A stretch of DNA of 64,000 bases from Paraspadella gotoi (Eukaryota; Animalia; Chaetognatha), in NCBI GenBank assembly GCA_051294375.1, contig CM119267.1, forward strand, positions 22,879,486 through 22,943,485, read 5' to 3'. The notes under the pieces are model-generated. The model saw only the letters and a program-made list of their open reading frames with translations. It was not told where the DNA came from and searched no databases. Shown here one piece after another: positions 14,750-29,000 of this stretch. Within the stretch, counting starts at the first letter, position 1. Each line of letters begins with the position of its first letter. A program made the translations under genes and the position numbers.

Positions 14750-15945
14750 GTAAGTTGCCTTCCTTATCACATCCTCTCCTCTGGACGAGTTCGTAATAGT
14801 TAGAAGTTAAACAAAAATATGGTTTTGTGGGACACCCTACCGCCGACTAATAAGAGTCACAAGACCCGAAAACCGACAACGACCGCAGAGACAAAAAAAA
14901 AAAAAGAACAAGTTCTCTGGTTGCATATTTTAGTGTTTTTTTTCCTCAATTCCATTGAGTCCTTTGCATAACTCGAAGTTTATCATTAGCGTAACAATCG
15001 CTGGATGCATTTAAGAGAAAGTAATTAACTCGGAGCGTTATATGAGAAGAAAATTATGTGAGAAATGTTATTAATTATTATAAAATAATGATAATTAATC
15101 TCAATTACTGTAAATTACTGTGTTATATCTAGTTTTTCTAGTGTTGAATTAGGTACCATATTAATAATAATTACAGACCTTTTCCATCTTTCAATTCTTT
15201 TCTTGTTCTTTAACTAATAACTAATAACTAATAACTAATAATAATTACAGATCTTTCCCATCTTTCTATTCTTTTCTCGTCCGTTAACTACTGTCAATAC
15301 AGTTGATAACGAAGATCCGTTTCGAATAGAAATTTTGGTTGATTTTGTGGTTATTGTTTTTGTTTTGTTTTTTTATATATATTTGTACGTGCTAACTTGT
15401 TTTGATTTCTTTGAACCTGTTCATTTCAAGGGAAAGAAAGAAGTAACATTATTTACATTGGCTCGACTCTTCCTCGATGTTTAAAACCGGTGACAATTAA
15501 GTTGAAGCCGCGACAACTTTGATGCCTCGATCGAATTAAATAAAACGAAAATGAAGAAATTCAAGTTTTTTAATTTTTTCCACGCGATGATTTAACAAAA
15601 ATTGTGGGGGGTTGCAAAATTACTTGTTTCACTTTTTTAAGCTATTAAATTTTCAAACTTCAACATTTTACTTTATTCGTGATATTATTTCGATTTTTTC
15701 TATTTTTTTAAATACATGTTAATTTATTATCTATTCTTATTCTAATCTATGATCTCGGGCTCGCCGCTTTCTCCAAACACAGTCCCTTCAGACTTAAGTA
15801 AACTAATTTTAGATCAATGAAACCCCACGATACTAGTGAATATAATTCTTAATATCACAACAGCTGGTTATATATAAGTAATTATAAATAAAAGTTTCAT
15901 TAATAAAAACGAAAAAAAATCAATTTCAAATGTTTATCAAAGTTT

Positions 15946-18900
15946 ATGTCCAGCACGACGACGATGCCAACGACAATGCTGACGACAACGAAGAAGACGA
16001 TAGCGACGACGACGAACACGACGACGATCCTAACGACGATGCCGACGACAACGAAGAAGACGATAGCGACGACGACGAACACGACGACGATCCTAACGAC
16101 GATGCCGACGACAACGAAGAAGACGATAGCGACGACGACGAACACGACGACGATCCTAACGACGATGCCGACGACAACGAAGAAGACGATAGCGACGACG
16201 ACGAACACGACGACGATCCTAACGACGATGCCGACGACAACGAAGAAGACGATAGCGACGACGACGAACACGACGACGATCCTAACGACGATGCCGACGA
16301 CAACGAAGAAGACGATAGCGACGACGAACACGACGACGATCCTAACGACGATGCCGACGACAACGAAGAAGACGATAGCGACGACAGACGAACACGACGA
16401 CGATCCTAACGACGATGCCGACGACAACGAAGAAGACGATAGCGACGACGACGAACACGACGACGATCCTAACGACGATGCCGACGACAACGAAGAAGAC
16501 GATAGCGACGACGACGAACACGACGACGATCCTAACGACGATGTCGACGACAACGAAGAAGACGATAGCGACGACGACGAACACGACGACGATCCTAACG
16601 ACGATGTCGACGACAACGAAGAAGACGATAGCGACGACGACGAACACGACGACGATCCTAACGACGATGTCGACGACAACGAAGAAGACGATAGCGACGA
16701 CGACGAACACGACGACGATCCTAACGACGATGCCGACGACAACGAAGAAGACGATAGCGACGACGACGAACACGACGACGATCCTAACGACGATGCCGAC
16801 GACAACGAAGAAGACGATAGCGACGACGACGAACACGACGACGATCGTAACGACGATGCCGACGACAACGAAGAAGACGATAGCGACGACGACGAACACG
16901 ACGACGATCCTAACGACGATGCCGACGACAACGAAGAAGACGATAGCGACGACGACGAACACGACGACGATCCTAACGACGATGCCGACGACAACGAAGA
17001 AGACGATAGCGACGACGACGAACAACGACGACGATCCTAACGACGATGCCTGACGACAACGAAGAAGACGATAGCGACGACGACGAACACGACGACGATC
17101 CTAACGACGATGCCGACGACAACGAAGAAGACGATAGCGACGACGACGAACACGACGACGATCCTAACGACGATGCCGACGACAACGAAGAAGACGATAG
17201 CGAGACGACGAACACGACGACGATCCTAACGACGATGCCGACGACAACGTAAGAAGACGATAGCGACGACGACGAACACGACGACGATCCTAACGACGAT
17301 GTCGACGACAACGAAGAAGACGATAGCGACGACGACGAACACGACGACGATCCCTAACGACGATGTCGACGACAACGAAGAAGACCGATAGCGACGACGA
17401 CGAACACGACGACGATCTAACGACCATGCGACGACAACGAAGAAGACGATAGCGACGACGACGAAACACGACGACGATCCTAACGACGATGCCGACGACA
17501 ACGAAGAAGACGATAGCGACGACGACGAACACGACGACGATCCTAACGACGATGCGACGACAAGAAGAAGACGATAGCGACGACGACGACACGACGACGA
17601 TTCCTAACGACGATGCCGACGACAGAAGAAGACGATAGCGACGACGACGAACACGACGACGATCCTAACGACGATGCCGACGACAACGAAGAAGACGATA
17701 GCGACGACGACGAACACGACGACGATCCTAACGACGATGCCGACGACAACGAAGAAGACGATAGCGACGACGACGAACACGACGACGATCCTAACGACGA
17801 TGCCGACGACAACGAAGAAGACGATAGCGACGACGAACGAACACGACGACGATCCTAACGACGATGCCGACGACAACGAAGAAGACGATAGCGACGACGA
17901 CGAACACGACGACGATCCTAACGACGATGCCGACGACAACGAAGAAGACGATAGCGACGACGACGAACACGACGACGATCCTAACGACGATGCCGACGAC
18001 AACGAAGAAGACGATAGCGACGACGACGAACACGACGACGATCCTAACGACGATGCCGACGACAACGAGAGACGATAGCGACGACGACGAACACGCGACG
18101 ACAGATGCGACGACAACGAAGAAGACGATAGCGACGACGACGACACGACGATCCTAACGACGATGCCGACGACAACGAAGAAGACGATAGCGACGACGAC
18201 GAACACGACGACATCCTAACGACGATGCGACGACAACGAAGAAGACGATAGCGACGACGACGAACACGACGACGATCCTAACGACGATGCCGACGACAAC
18301 GAAGAAGACGATAGCGACGACGACGAACACGACGACGATCCTAACGACGATGCCGACGACAACGAAGAAGACGATAGCGACGACGACGAACACGACGACG
18401 ATCCTAACGACGATGCCGACGACAACGAAGAAGACGATAGCGACGACGACGAACACGACGACGATCCTAACGACGATGCCGACGACAACGAAGAAGACGA
18501 TAGCGACGACGACGAACACGACGACGATCCTAACGACGATGCCGACGACAACGAAGAAGACGATAGCGACGACGACGAACACGACGACGATCCTAACGAC
18601 GATGCGACGACAACGAAGAAGACGATAGCGACGACGACGAACACGACGACGATCCTAACGACGATGCGACGACAACGAAGAAGACGATAGCGACGACGAC
18701 GAACACGACGACGATCCTAACGACGATGCCGACGACAACGAAGAAGACGATAGCGACGACGACGAACACGACGACGATCCTAACGACGATGCCGACGACA
18801 ACGAAGAAGACGATAGCGACGACGACGAACACGACGACGATCCTAACGACGATGCCGACGACAACGAAGAAGACGATAGCGACGACGACGAACACGACGA

Positions 18901-19424
18901 CGATCCTAACGACGATGCCGACGACAACGAAGAAGACGATAGCGACGACGACGAACACGACGACGATCTAACGACGATGCCGACGACAACGAAGAAGACG
19001 ATAGCGACGACGACGAACACGACGACGATCCTAACGACGATGCCGACGACAACGAAGAAGACGATAGCGACGACGACGAACACGACGACGATCCTAACGA
19101 CGATGCCGACGACAACGAAGAAGACGATAGCGACGACGACGAACACGACGACGATCCTAACGACGATGCCGACGACAACGAAGAAGACGATAGCGACGAC
19201 GACGAACACGACGACGATCCTAACGACGATGCCGACGACAACGAAGAAGACGATAGCGACGACGACGACACGACGACGATCCCGACGACGACGACAACGA
19301 AGAAGACGATAGCGACGACGACGAACACGACGACGACGACGACAGCGTTTTCGGCCACCGCACGATGACGTTTGACGTTTCGTCTCCGAAAAATTTGGTT
19401 GCGCAAACAAAAAAGAAAAGATTA
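15946..19424 (+). CDS. Putative Thr-rich mucin-like repeat exon (TTTKKTIATTTNTTTILTTMP)n; alternative frame is Asp/Glu-rich (DDNEEDDSDDDEHDDDPNDDA)n
   Basis: The unit length is a multiple of 3 and two + frames are stop-free. There is an ATG (MSSTTTMP) at 15946 and a possible acceptor TTTATGTCCAG ending at 15953. Allowing for indels, the Thr frame appears to run into a unique tail TTAFSAT(A)TMTFDVSSPKNLVAQTKKKR*. No signal-peptide exon was identified. Confidence 0.4.
15954..19340 (+). repeat. 63-bp tandem array (~54 units), unit GACGACAACGAAGAAGACGATAGCGACGACGACGAACACGACGACGATCCTAACGACGATGCC
   Basis: Near-perfect 63-bp periodicity is directly visible. Scattered 1-3 nt indels and a GCC>GTC variant occur in some units (for example ~16540-16670). 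Confidence 0.95.
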
Positions 19425-21142
19425 AAGATTCGACGAGGGGATTCGATCTTGGTGGCGGTGGAGAGTGGTCGAGGGGGGAAAGGTGGTGAGGGGAAGGGGG
19501 GAAAGGAGGAGGATGGGGGGAGGAAAGTGGGGTTCGGTGCGTTGGGTAAAGTAAAATGCCGAGAGGGGTGAAAGGAAAAAGGTAAGGAAAAGAAAGGTCG
19601 GTTAAGGGAAAGAAGGGGAAAAAGTTAAGGAATGGTAGGGCAGCGTAGGAGAAAGAAGGGAAGTGGAGAAAGTGAGGACGATGAAGTTAGGATTGAGGAA
19701 GGGGCGACAGTTGAAAGGGAGAGAAAGAGGAGGAATATATCGGACACGAAAAGTGAGTGAGAATTGAAAGAGGATAAAAGTGAAAGGTTTTTTTTTTATA
19801 CTTTAAATTGAGAGAGATGTTGTTAATGTTGGTGTGTGCATAAAAGACGAGATCGGTGACAAGGCGAGATATAGAAAAAAGCTCGACCCGGCCCGCGAAA
19901 CCCGCCCTCGAGGAACGGACCCGCGTTCATCGCTCGTCAATCGAACCCAAAAGACGCGAGCGACGACGATCTCCGGTCGGTCGGTCCACGTCATAAATTG
20001 GCCGCCTCTCGGAACCGGTCGTCGTTTTCAGTCAAAAACTGACATCGACGTTTATCATGTAATATCTATCGGATCGTAGTTGTTTGCGTTTGTCGTTGTT
20101 GTAGCGGGTCCATGTACGCGAAAAGATTTCATCGTCGAATGATTTGTTGTTTGATCTTTCCGTTCTCTCTTCTCTCTCTCGGTCGTCGTCGTCGTTTCAT
20201 CGTCGGTTCCCTATTTGTATTATCTATGTCGATTCACGTTGACCATATTTAATTTTCGAGGAGATCTCCATCCCGATGGCAAATGGACCGATCTCGATGA
20301 CAAATGGCAGAGTGGCAACTCCGATTGAGCCGAAACCGCGGCGGAAGTGGCAGAAGTACAAATTGTTAGTATAGTTGGAAAATCAACCGCTGAAACCTAT
20401 GTAGGTCTTGTACTAGTATTTGTTTGATGCATGTTAAATCGGCCGTGCCGTTTCTTTTAACTCATTTTTTACGTTAGTTCCGGTTGTTGCTTACAGGTGC
20501 CTGTAATAGAGACAGTCTTAATTGAAAGCTTGCAGAGACCTGCTATGCATTGATCTTGTAAGAGTGATGGAGGCCCTTAAACCAGACGTCAAAGCCTTGT
20601 CCAAAGATTCAGGGGCAGATAGCTTATTATTTTAAATGAGTTGGATAATATTTTTATTGATTGAAAACCAATTTCATCAGTCCACGGATTTGATATTTGA
20701 AAAGAAACTTCGCATTCTCGTACTCGGAACCAGCGACGTCATCCGTGATAATCCTCATCTCTGCCCCCCTTCCCTTCCCTCTTCCCTCCCCGCATGCCTC
20801 CTTTCCCCCCCTTCTTCCTCCATCTCCCCTACACAGACGCCAGCGAAGTCGAAACCCGCATATCGTAAGCGTCGGACTTCGACTTTAGCCGTCAGTTTCT
20901 AATTATCCCTAATTGTAGCCGATAGTCGAAGCGGAAACGCAGCGGGGGAATTCCCGGGGAAGGAATTTGACGATTTCCATATTTTGGGGAAAAAGTGAGT
21001 TTAAAGTGAGGGCTGCGTTCGATGTGGAAGTGAGGGGTTTTTAGTTCCTTTCCGATATTTAGAGCCTCTGTCAAGGTTGATCCATCATTGCGGTTTTCTT
21101 GAATATTATCTGGTCGTCGTCGTCACCCTCGTCGTCGTCGTC

Positions 21143-21193
<51 letters not shown>

Positions 21194-24100
21194 CCTCTCC
21201 TCTCTCTCTCTCGTTCTCTCTCTCCATACCAGGTTCTTATCTTACTGCGAGGCACGTGTTCCTTCCTCGACTACACCTCCGCGGCGAAAGAGGAAACGCA
21301 ATCATCTTCAATTCGCAGTTTCTCTTTCTTTGACACGTTTTTTCGCGATCGCAGCTGACACTCCTGTTTGCATCGTGTTGGTATCTTTTAGCGCTTTGTT
21401 ACGTTTTACGTATATCTTTTAGTGTGCTCTTTTTTCCTTACATAGCTTATATTAAGATTTCTAAACATAAATACCTCTTCATTCACCGATCATAGTATTT
21501 TATTATAAACTAAGTTTTCTCTGACAAAATACTTTAAAGAGATATTTGAGCGAAACTTTAACTCTCGTTGTTTATCATATTAAAATTTTTTCATGCAAGC
21601 CAAAGTTTAATCATTTTAATGATTTTTTTCAGTCTACAATTAATTGCGCGAAGCGATAGATCAAAATAAAAACCAAAGAACAAGATAAATAATAAAATTT
21701 AAAAAAAAGAAAATCCATTCAAGATTTCTTTTTTACAAGGGTTGACATCTTACAGGCACCGTCTTTTAAAGCAAACTTTTTTCATAAGAAAAAATTCCAG
21801 CGATTTCCTCTTTGACATTTTGAAAGCCGTGGTTCAAATTCTTGAACGATTTACAGTGAGGTATGGAATATCCAAACGCCGTAATAATTATGGCGTAGAT
21901 TTTTTTTTCATTGTTCTTCAAGGTGACAGTTCAAAGGAAAGACTTTACTTTATCGTCGTGATCTTAAAAATTAAAATATGATTCACACTTTTTCGCTGAT
22001 GTTCCTTTTCTATTCTTAACCTAGTCAGAATAACAAAGTACGTGAACGAGCCCGCGCCTCTCTCTCTCTCTCTCTCCTCTCTCTCTCCTCTCCTCTGAAC
22101 ATTTTTTGATCGCTCAAAAATTTTTTTAAAAAAATCTTTTTATTTTGTACTCCTCTAAAATGTACACCACGCACAATGCTTGCACGAGCGTGGAAAACGG
22201 AACCATTGTGACGTTTTTAATGGGGAATGAATCCAAGTGAATCGATTTCCAGCGGTCAGATTCACTGACTCGCGGCTTCTTTTCTCTACATTGTTCACAA
22301 ATTCTTAACCCAAAAAAAAAAAGGAATTTTTTTTTTCAAATTTGAAACAAGGAAAAAAAAAGCGGTTTCGCGGTTGGAGAATCACATCCAGAGTCGCGCC
22401 GAAGTTTTACACAAAAAATATTTCCACGCAATTTTGTTGAGAGAGAAAAGTAAAACACAAAGGAGTTTTTTAAAAAAATAAGTATTATTTTTATAAGATT
22501 TTGCTAGAGGGTTTTTTTTTCCTTCTTCTTTGAAAAAAAAAAAAAAACAGAATAAAATCTCCGTGATAAAAATCTACAAAACGCGACGAATCAACGGAAG
22601 TCGGGAAGACGGAGACGGCGGGATTTTACGATTTTGGGTCCGAGAAGAAGACTGATGACGAGCGACGACGACGACGACGATCGACGACGGACGTTGAGTT
22701 TAAGTCGACGAGAGGACAACACAAGAACGAAGATGAGCAGAGAAAGGAGGAGGAAAGAGGAGGAAGAGGAGGAGGAGGAAGAGAGATCTAATAGTTAGCA
22801 CGACCCGAAAAAAAAGAACAACGCCAAAAAAAATATTAATAAATATTTTTGGGGGATGACTAGGTGACTGGGTAATAGATCTGGATATCGACATAGATAA
22901 CGAGAACTATACGAAGACGACATGACGATGACGACGACGAAAAATACAGACGAAGAGGAGACGAGAATATCTCAGACTGGACAGCGAAGATCGGACGACG
23001 AAGACGAATAAGTTGGCAAATATAACCAAAACCGGGACGAACCGGGAAAACCCGAAAATTGCGTTATCGGACAGACGAGATCTGAAAGCGTTGGCGACGT
23101 CAGGTTTGAGAGAGAGAGAGAAGAGGAGGAGAGAAGAGAGAGAGAGAGAGAGAGAAAGAGAGAGGATGAGAGACGAGAGAGAGAGAGCAGAACAGAGACC
23201 AAAAAACAACAAACGTCGGATGCCATAAAGTCAGACAAAAAAAGAAGACAAAAATTAAAAAAGGAAGAAAGAAAATCGAGGTTCGACGTAATCGATTTTG
23301 GGAGATGAATCGAATTTGGGAGAAGGACAGGAAAGGAAAGGAAAAGGGCATAAGGACAAAAGAAAAGAAAGGAAAGGGAAAGGAAAGGAAAGAAAGAAAG
23401 AAAGGAAAGAAAGGAAAGAAAGGAAAGGAAAGACCAAAGGATAGAAAATGAAGAAAAGGAAGAGAGAAAGAAAAGGGAGCAAAGGAAAAGAAAGAAAATG
23501 GAAAGAAAGGAAAAGAAGGAAAGAAAAAGAAAGAGAAAAGAAAGAGAACACAGGGAAAGAAAGAAAATGAAAACAGGTTTTCAAAGTTTGCGAATCAAAG
23601 ATCTTGACGAACAAATTATCGATTTTCAATTACGTGGATCGAGAGATAAAAAAAAAAAAGAACAAGCAAAAGTTGAGAACGGAACAAAAAAAAACAAGAA
23701 AAAGTAGAACGGAACAAGGTAGATCACCAACGGAAGATATTTGTATTTTTGTCGAGGATCGTTGTCCGGGATTTCCACTCCGGTCTCATTTTCCCTTTTT
23801 TTTCATTCTATTTGCATTATTGCAAGTTCGTTTAGCGTAATAACCCTTGTACAAGCGGCTATTGGTTTAATCGGAAGCGTATGCAAACAAATTTGGGGAT
23901 GAAATGAAATCAAAAGTTATCATCAACACTCACCGGTCAAAGGACTTTTATTTTCGTTTCTGATAATATGCAGTTGGCCCTTGTATGCGTGGGAAAATAC
24001 GTTAATTTAATAATTGAGGCGGTTTATTCGTTTGATTGATGTAAAGAACAATCCTTCCATTATCAATTTTTGCGTGTTTTAATCATCAAATTATTGATTC

Positions 24101-26010
24101 GCGTTTCTCTTATTAGCGCCGTGGTTCTTCTGCCTTGACGGTCAGTTTAAATCTTATTTTTAAATGTTCTTGTTTATACAATTAACACTTATGTTTTACT
24201 CACGTTTTGTTTTTTGTTTTGTTTACGTATTTACGCTTCAAAACGGTTGTTTGTTTTTTTTTTTACTCATTTTTATTTTTACGTTAAGCTCTGTCTTCTT
24301 AGGATTCACGTACCATTGACATTTTTGGAAACATTTTGTATCAGACTTTTAATTGTTTTTGACTCGAATGATTTCAAGTTTTTCCTCCATCGTTGATGTA
24401 GTTCAGTTTTATTCGTGTTATTGATTTGATATTTTGTGCCGATTAAGTTAATACTGTTTTGGTATAATAAAAAAAAAGATTAATTACGGTTTTTAATGCT
24501 TTGTAAGTTTTTATAGAGTTCTTCGTTCCTGTGACAAAGCAAAGGATTAACGCATTATCGAAATCTTTTCTCCAACGTTAATGTGAATTAGTTGCATTTA
24601 ATAAATATTAGTTAATTGCTAGTGCTTGGTAAATATAGAATTAATAAATTATTTATAAAGTATATTATTATAAAAATAACCTATCTTGCCCTTGGACTTT
24701 GACACAGCTGATGGTAGGGTAAAGGAAGAAAGAAAGAAAGACAGAAGAGAAAAAAATAAACATATACAAGAAGATAGAAAGAAGAAAGAAAAGAAGAATG
24801 TAAAAAAAGAAGGAGACCGAAAAAAATGTAAAGACTAGAATAAATAAAAAGGAAAGAACAGACAGGAAAAGAGAAAAGAAATAAACATGAAGAAGTAGAA
24901 AGAAGGAAAGAAAGATACGAAAAAAGAAAAAAAAAGAAAAGAAAAAAAGAAAAGTAACTTAGAGAGAGTCACTGCGATAAAAAAAACGACTTGGGATTAT
25001 AAACGTTCTCTCTCATATTTCTCTCCTCTCTATCTTGACACGGCCGCACTCTGTCTCACCTCTGCTTCTTGCCCCTCCCACCCTCTCTCTCTCCTCTCTC
25101 TCTCCTCTCTCCTCTCTCTCTCTCTCTCTCGTCTCTCTCGCTAAACCCCGCCAAAAATCCCTTCGCTACTGACAACTAAAGACCCGATTTGTAAAAAGGG
25201 CAAAAAACCCGTCGAGTTCCGACCTCGACGGCGACGAGGGGGGAGGCGAGGGGGGTGCCGAGGAGGCGTGGCAGTGGGGTGCATTGAAGGAGAAAGAGGG
25301 AAGCAGAGGACGATTTTGAGCAAGAGTGAGTGAGTAGCGGCAAAGCAGAGAAGCATGATTTGGATAGAAAGGAGAAGAAAAACGTGTGAGAGTAAAAATT
25401 AACTTAGACATTAGTCAGTATTATTAAAAATAGTAAAACAATAGTTATGACAAATAGTAAAAAAGCTAGTGATTGTTTAAAAGCTGACAGTGAAGAGAAA
25501 AAAAAGGAAAAGAATAGTCAAATAGAGGAGAGAGAGAGAGAGGAAGGAGAGAGAGACGAGGAGAGAGAGAGAGAGAGAGAGATAGAGAGAGAAGAGAGAG
25601 ACGAGAGAAGAAAGGAGTTTTCAACCTTCCAGGCTTCCGACAAAGCATCATTCTTTAACCCTCTCACGAATCCGAAACTCACCGAAAAGAAGTTTTTTAG
25701 TCTTCTCGCCTACTTTTTTGTCTTTCGACTATTTTTCGTTCAACTTTCTCAGCCCTCTTTTCTCTTCAGTAGTCGTTGTTTTCCTGTCCTCCACTTCCTA
25801 TCGTCTCTCTTCTCCTCTCTCTCTCTCTCTCTCCTCTTCCTCTCTCTCNNNNNNNNNNNNNNNNNNNNNNNNNAGAGAGAGAGAGGAAGGAAGGAGGACA
25901 GGAAAAACAACGACTACGAAGAGAAAAGAGGCTGAGAAAGTTGAACGAAAAATGTCGAAACAAAAAAGTAGCGAGAGACTTAAAANNNNNNNNNNNNNNN
26001 NNNNNNNNNN

Positions 26011-29000
26011 GACGACCGATCCTTAACGACGAATTCCGACGATACGAAGAGACCGATTAGCGAGACGAACGACGACGACGATCCTAACGAGATTGCGGGC
26101 GACAACGAAGAAGACGTATAGTCGACGACGAGACACACGACGACGTCTCCCTTAGTAAACGACGAGCCGGCGACAACGCGAAGAAGAGATAGCGCGACCC
26201 GAGACGAACACGACGACGATCCTAACGACCGATGCCCGACACAACGAAGAAAGACGATGCGACGACGACGAACACGACGCGAATCCTAACGAGATGCCGA
26301 GACAATCGAAGAAGACGATAGGACGACGACGAACACGACGACCGATCCTAAGACGATTGCGATGAACATCGAAAGAAGACGATAGAGACGACGACGAAAC
26401 GACGACGATCCTAACGACGACTGCCGACGAAAACGAAGAAGACGATAGCGAGAGACGAACACGACGAACGATCCTATACGACGATGCCTGAGACAAGAGA
26501 AAGAAAGATAGCGACGACGAACGAACCGACGACGATCCTTACACGACGATGTCGAGGACGAAGAAGAAGAACGATAGCGAGCGACGACTAGACAGTTCAC
26601 GAGATCTAACGCACGATTGTCGCCGACAACGAAGAAGAACGATAGCGACGATCGACGACACAGACGACGATCCTAACGACGATGTGCGACGACAACGAAG
26701 AAGACGATGGACGACGACGAACACAGACGACGATGCCTAAACGCGACTGCCGACACAAGAAGAAGACGATGAGCGACGGACGACGACACGACGAGGAACG
26801 ATTCCTAACGAGACGATGCCTTCCGGACGTCTTGCACAACGTATACAGAAAGATCGTATAGCGTGACTACGATCCGCACATCACTGACGTCATCTCAACG
26901 ATCGCATCTGTGCCTCAGTACGACAATCGCATGGAACGACGGATAGCGATACGAACAACGAACAAAGCCGACGAAGATGCCTTAACTTCGTAGAAATTTG
27001 CCATGCGAAGGCAGACGACAAGAAAGAAGACGATAGCGGGACGCACGTACTGATACACGTATCGCATTCCTAGCTCGTACGATGCCGACGACAACGAAGA
27101 AGGACGAATATGCGATCGACCGTTGACGAACACACGACGAACGGATCCTAACAAGAATGACGATGCCAGCCGACGCATCAACGAAGAAGACGAGTGAGGC
27201 GCGACGCACGACGCACACCGGACGAACGATCCTAAACGACGATGCCCCGACGACAACGGAGGAAGAGCGATACTGCGACGACGAAGAACACGAAAGAGCG
27301 ACACGATCCTTATACCATGACGATCCGTTCGACGGTACTTAACTCCGAAGAAGGACGATATTGCTGAGCGATCGACGAATCCAGTCACGGAGCGATTCTC
27401 TTTCTTTAGTCTAATGAAACGATGCGCGACAACGCAAGAAGAGATAGCCAGGGACGACGACGAAAACCGTATTTTGTGAGTACTGAAATCCTAACGACGA
27501 TGTTCGACGATCGCAACGAAGAAGACGATAGCGACGACCGACGAACACGACGACGATTCTAACGACGAGCCGACGACAAGCGAAAGAAGCTAACGATAGC
27601 GACGACACGAAACAGAGACGATCCTAACGACGATGCTGACGACAACGTACCAGAAGACGTGATGCGACGACGACGAACCACGACGACGATCTAACGACCG
27701 AATGCGACGACAACGAAGAAGACGATAGTCGACGACTGACGAACAGACGACGATCCTAACGATGATGCCTTTACGACAACGAAGAAGACGATAGCGACGG
27801 ACGACGAACAGACGGCACCTACACGATGCGCGACCAACGAAGCGATAGGAGAGATCGAAACACGAGACGATCCTACACGACTGATGCCGACGACATCGAA
27901 GTAAGACGATAGCGACGACGTACGAACACGAACGACGATCCTAACGACGATGCCTGACGACAACGAAGAAGACGATAGCGACGACTGACGAGACACGACG
28001 ACGATCCTAACGACGATACCGTGTGGACAGACAACGAAGAAGACTATAGCGACGACACGAACACGAGACGACGATCCTAACGACGCATGCGCTTGTGCGA
28101 GACTAACCGAAGAAGACGATAGCCGCACGACGACGAACACTGGCGAACTGATCCCTAACGACGAGTGTCCGCGACACGGAAGGGACGAATAGCGACGACG
28201 GCGAACACGACGACGATTCCTATACGACGATGCCACACAGGAAGCGATCAGACGAAGAACCGACGAATTAACGACGGACGACACGAGAAGGCGAACACGA
28301 CGGCGACGAGGAATCCTAACGACGATGCTCGAGACAACGAAGAAGGACGATTGGACGACGGACGACGACGAACGACGATCCTCAGACGACGATGCCGACG
28401 AAAACGAAGAAGACGATTAGCGACGCATAACGTACGATTGACACGACGTACGATCCTACAGCGATGCCGGACGAACGAAGAAGACGGGATAGCTTGACGA
28501 CTGACGACAGACGACGATCCTATCGAACGAGCGACGGACAAGAAGAAGACGATAGCGACGAACTGTAGACACAGACGACGATCCACAGACGTATGGCCAG
28601 ACGATTACACAACGAAGAAGACGATATGCGACGACGACTTGAACACGGACGACATCCTAGACGCTGCCGGACCTTAGATTTGACAACGGGAAGTAGACAA
28701 TAGACGACGACGAACGAACCACGACTAATTATAAAATCGTTATTTTTAGTGTGGCTCACGGACGAATCGCCTAGGTACCGATGCTGGCGACGAGAAGGAA
28801 GCGATAGCCGAGATCTTGACGATTGAACACTTGACGACTTTTTGGATTCTTAACGGAGACGATTGCCTTGAGGATAACGAAGAAGACGATTAAGCGACGA
28901 GACGACACGACGACGATTCCTAAACGTGAGATGGCTTGAGACAGGAAGATAGTACGATAGCTGAGCGAGACGAACACGACGACGATTCCTAAGAGATGCA

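Noticed and set aside
15954-19340. CRISPR-like array
   Set aside because: Units are contiguous and identical with no unique spacers; no cas genes; eukaryotic context.
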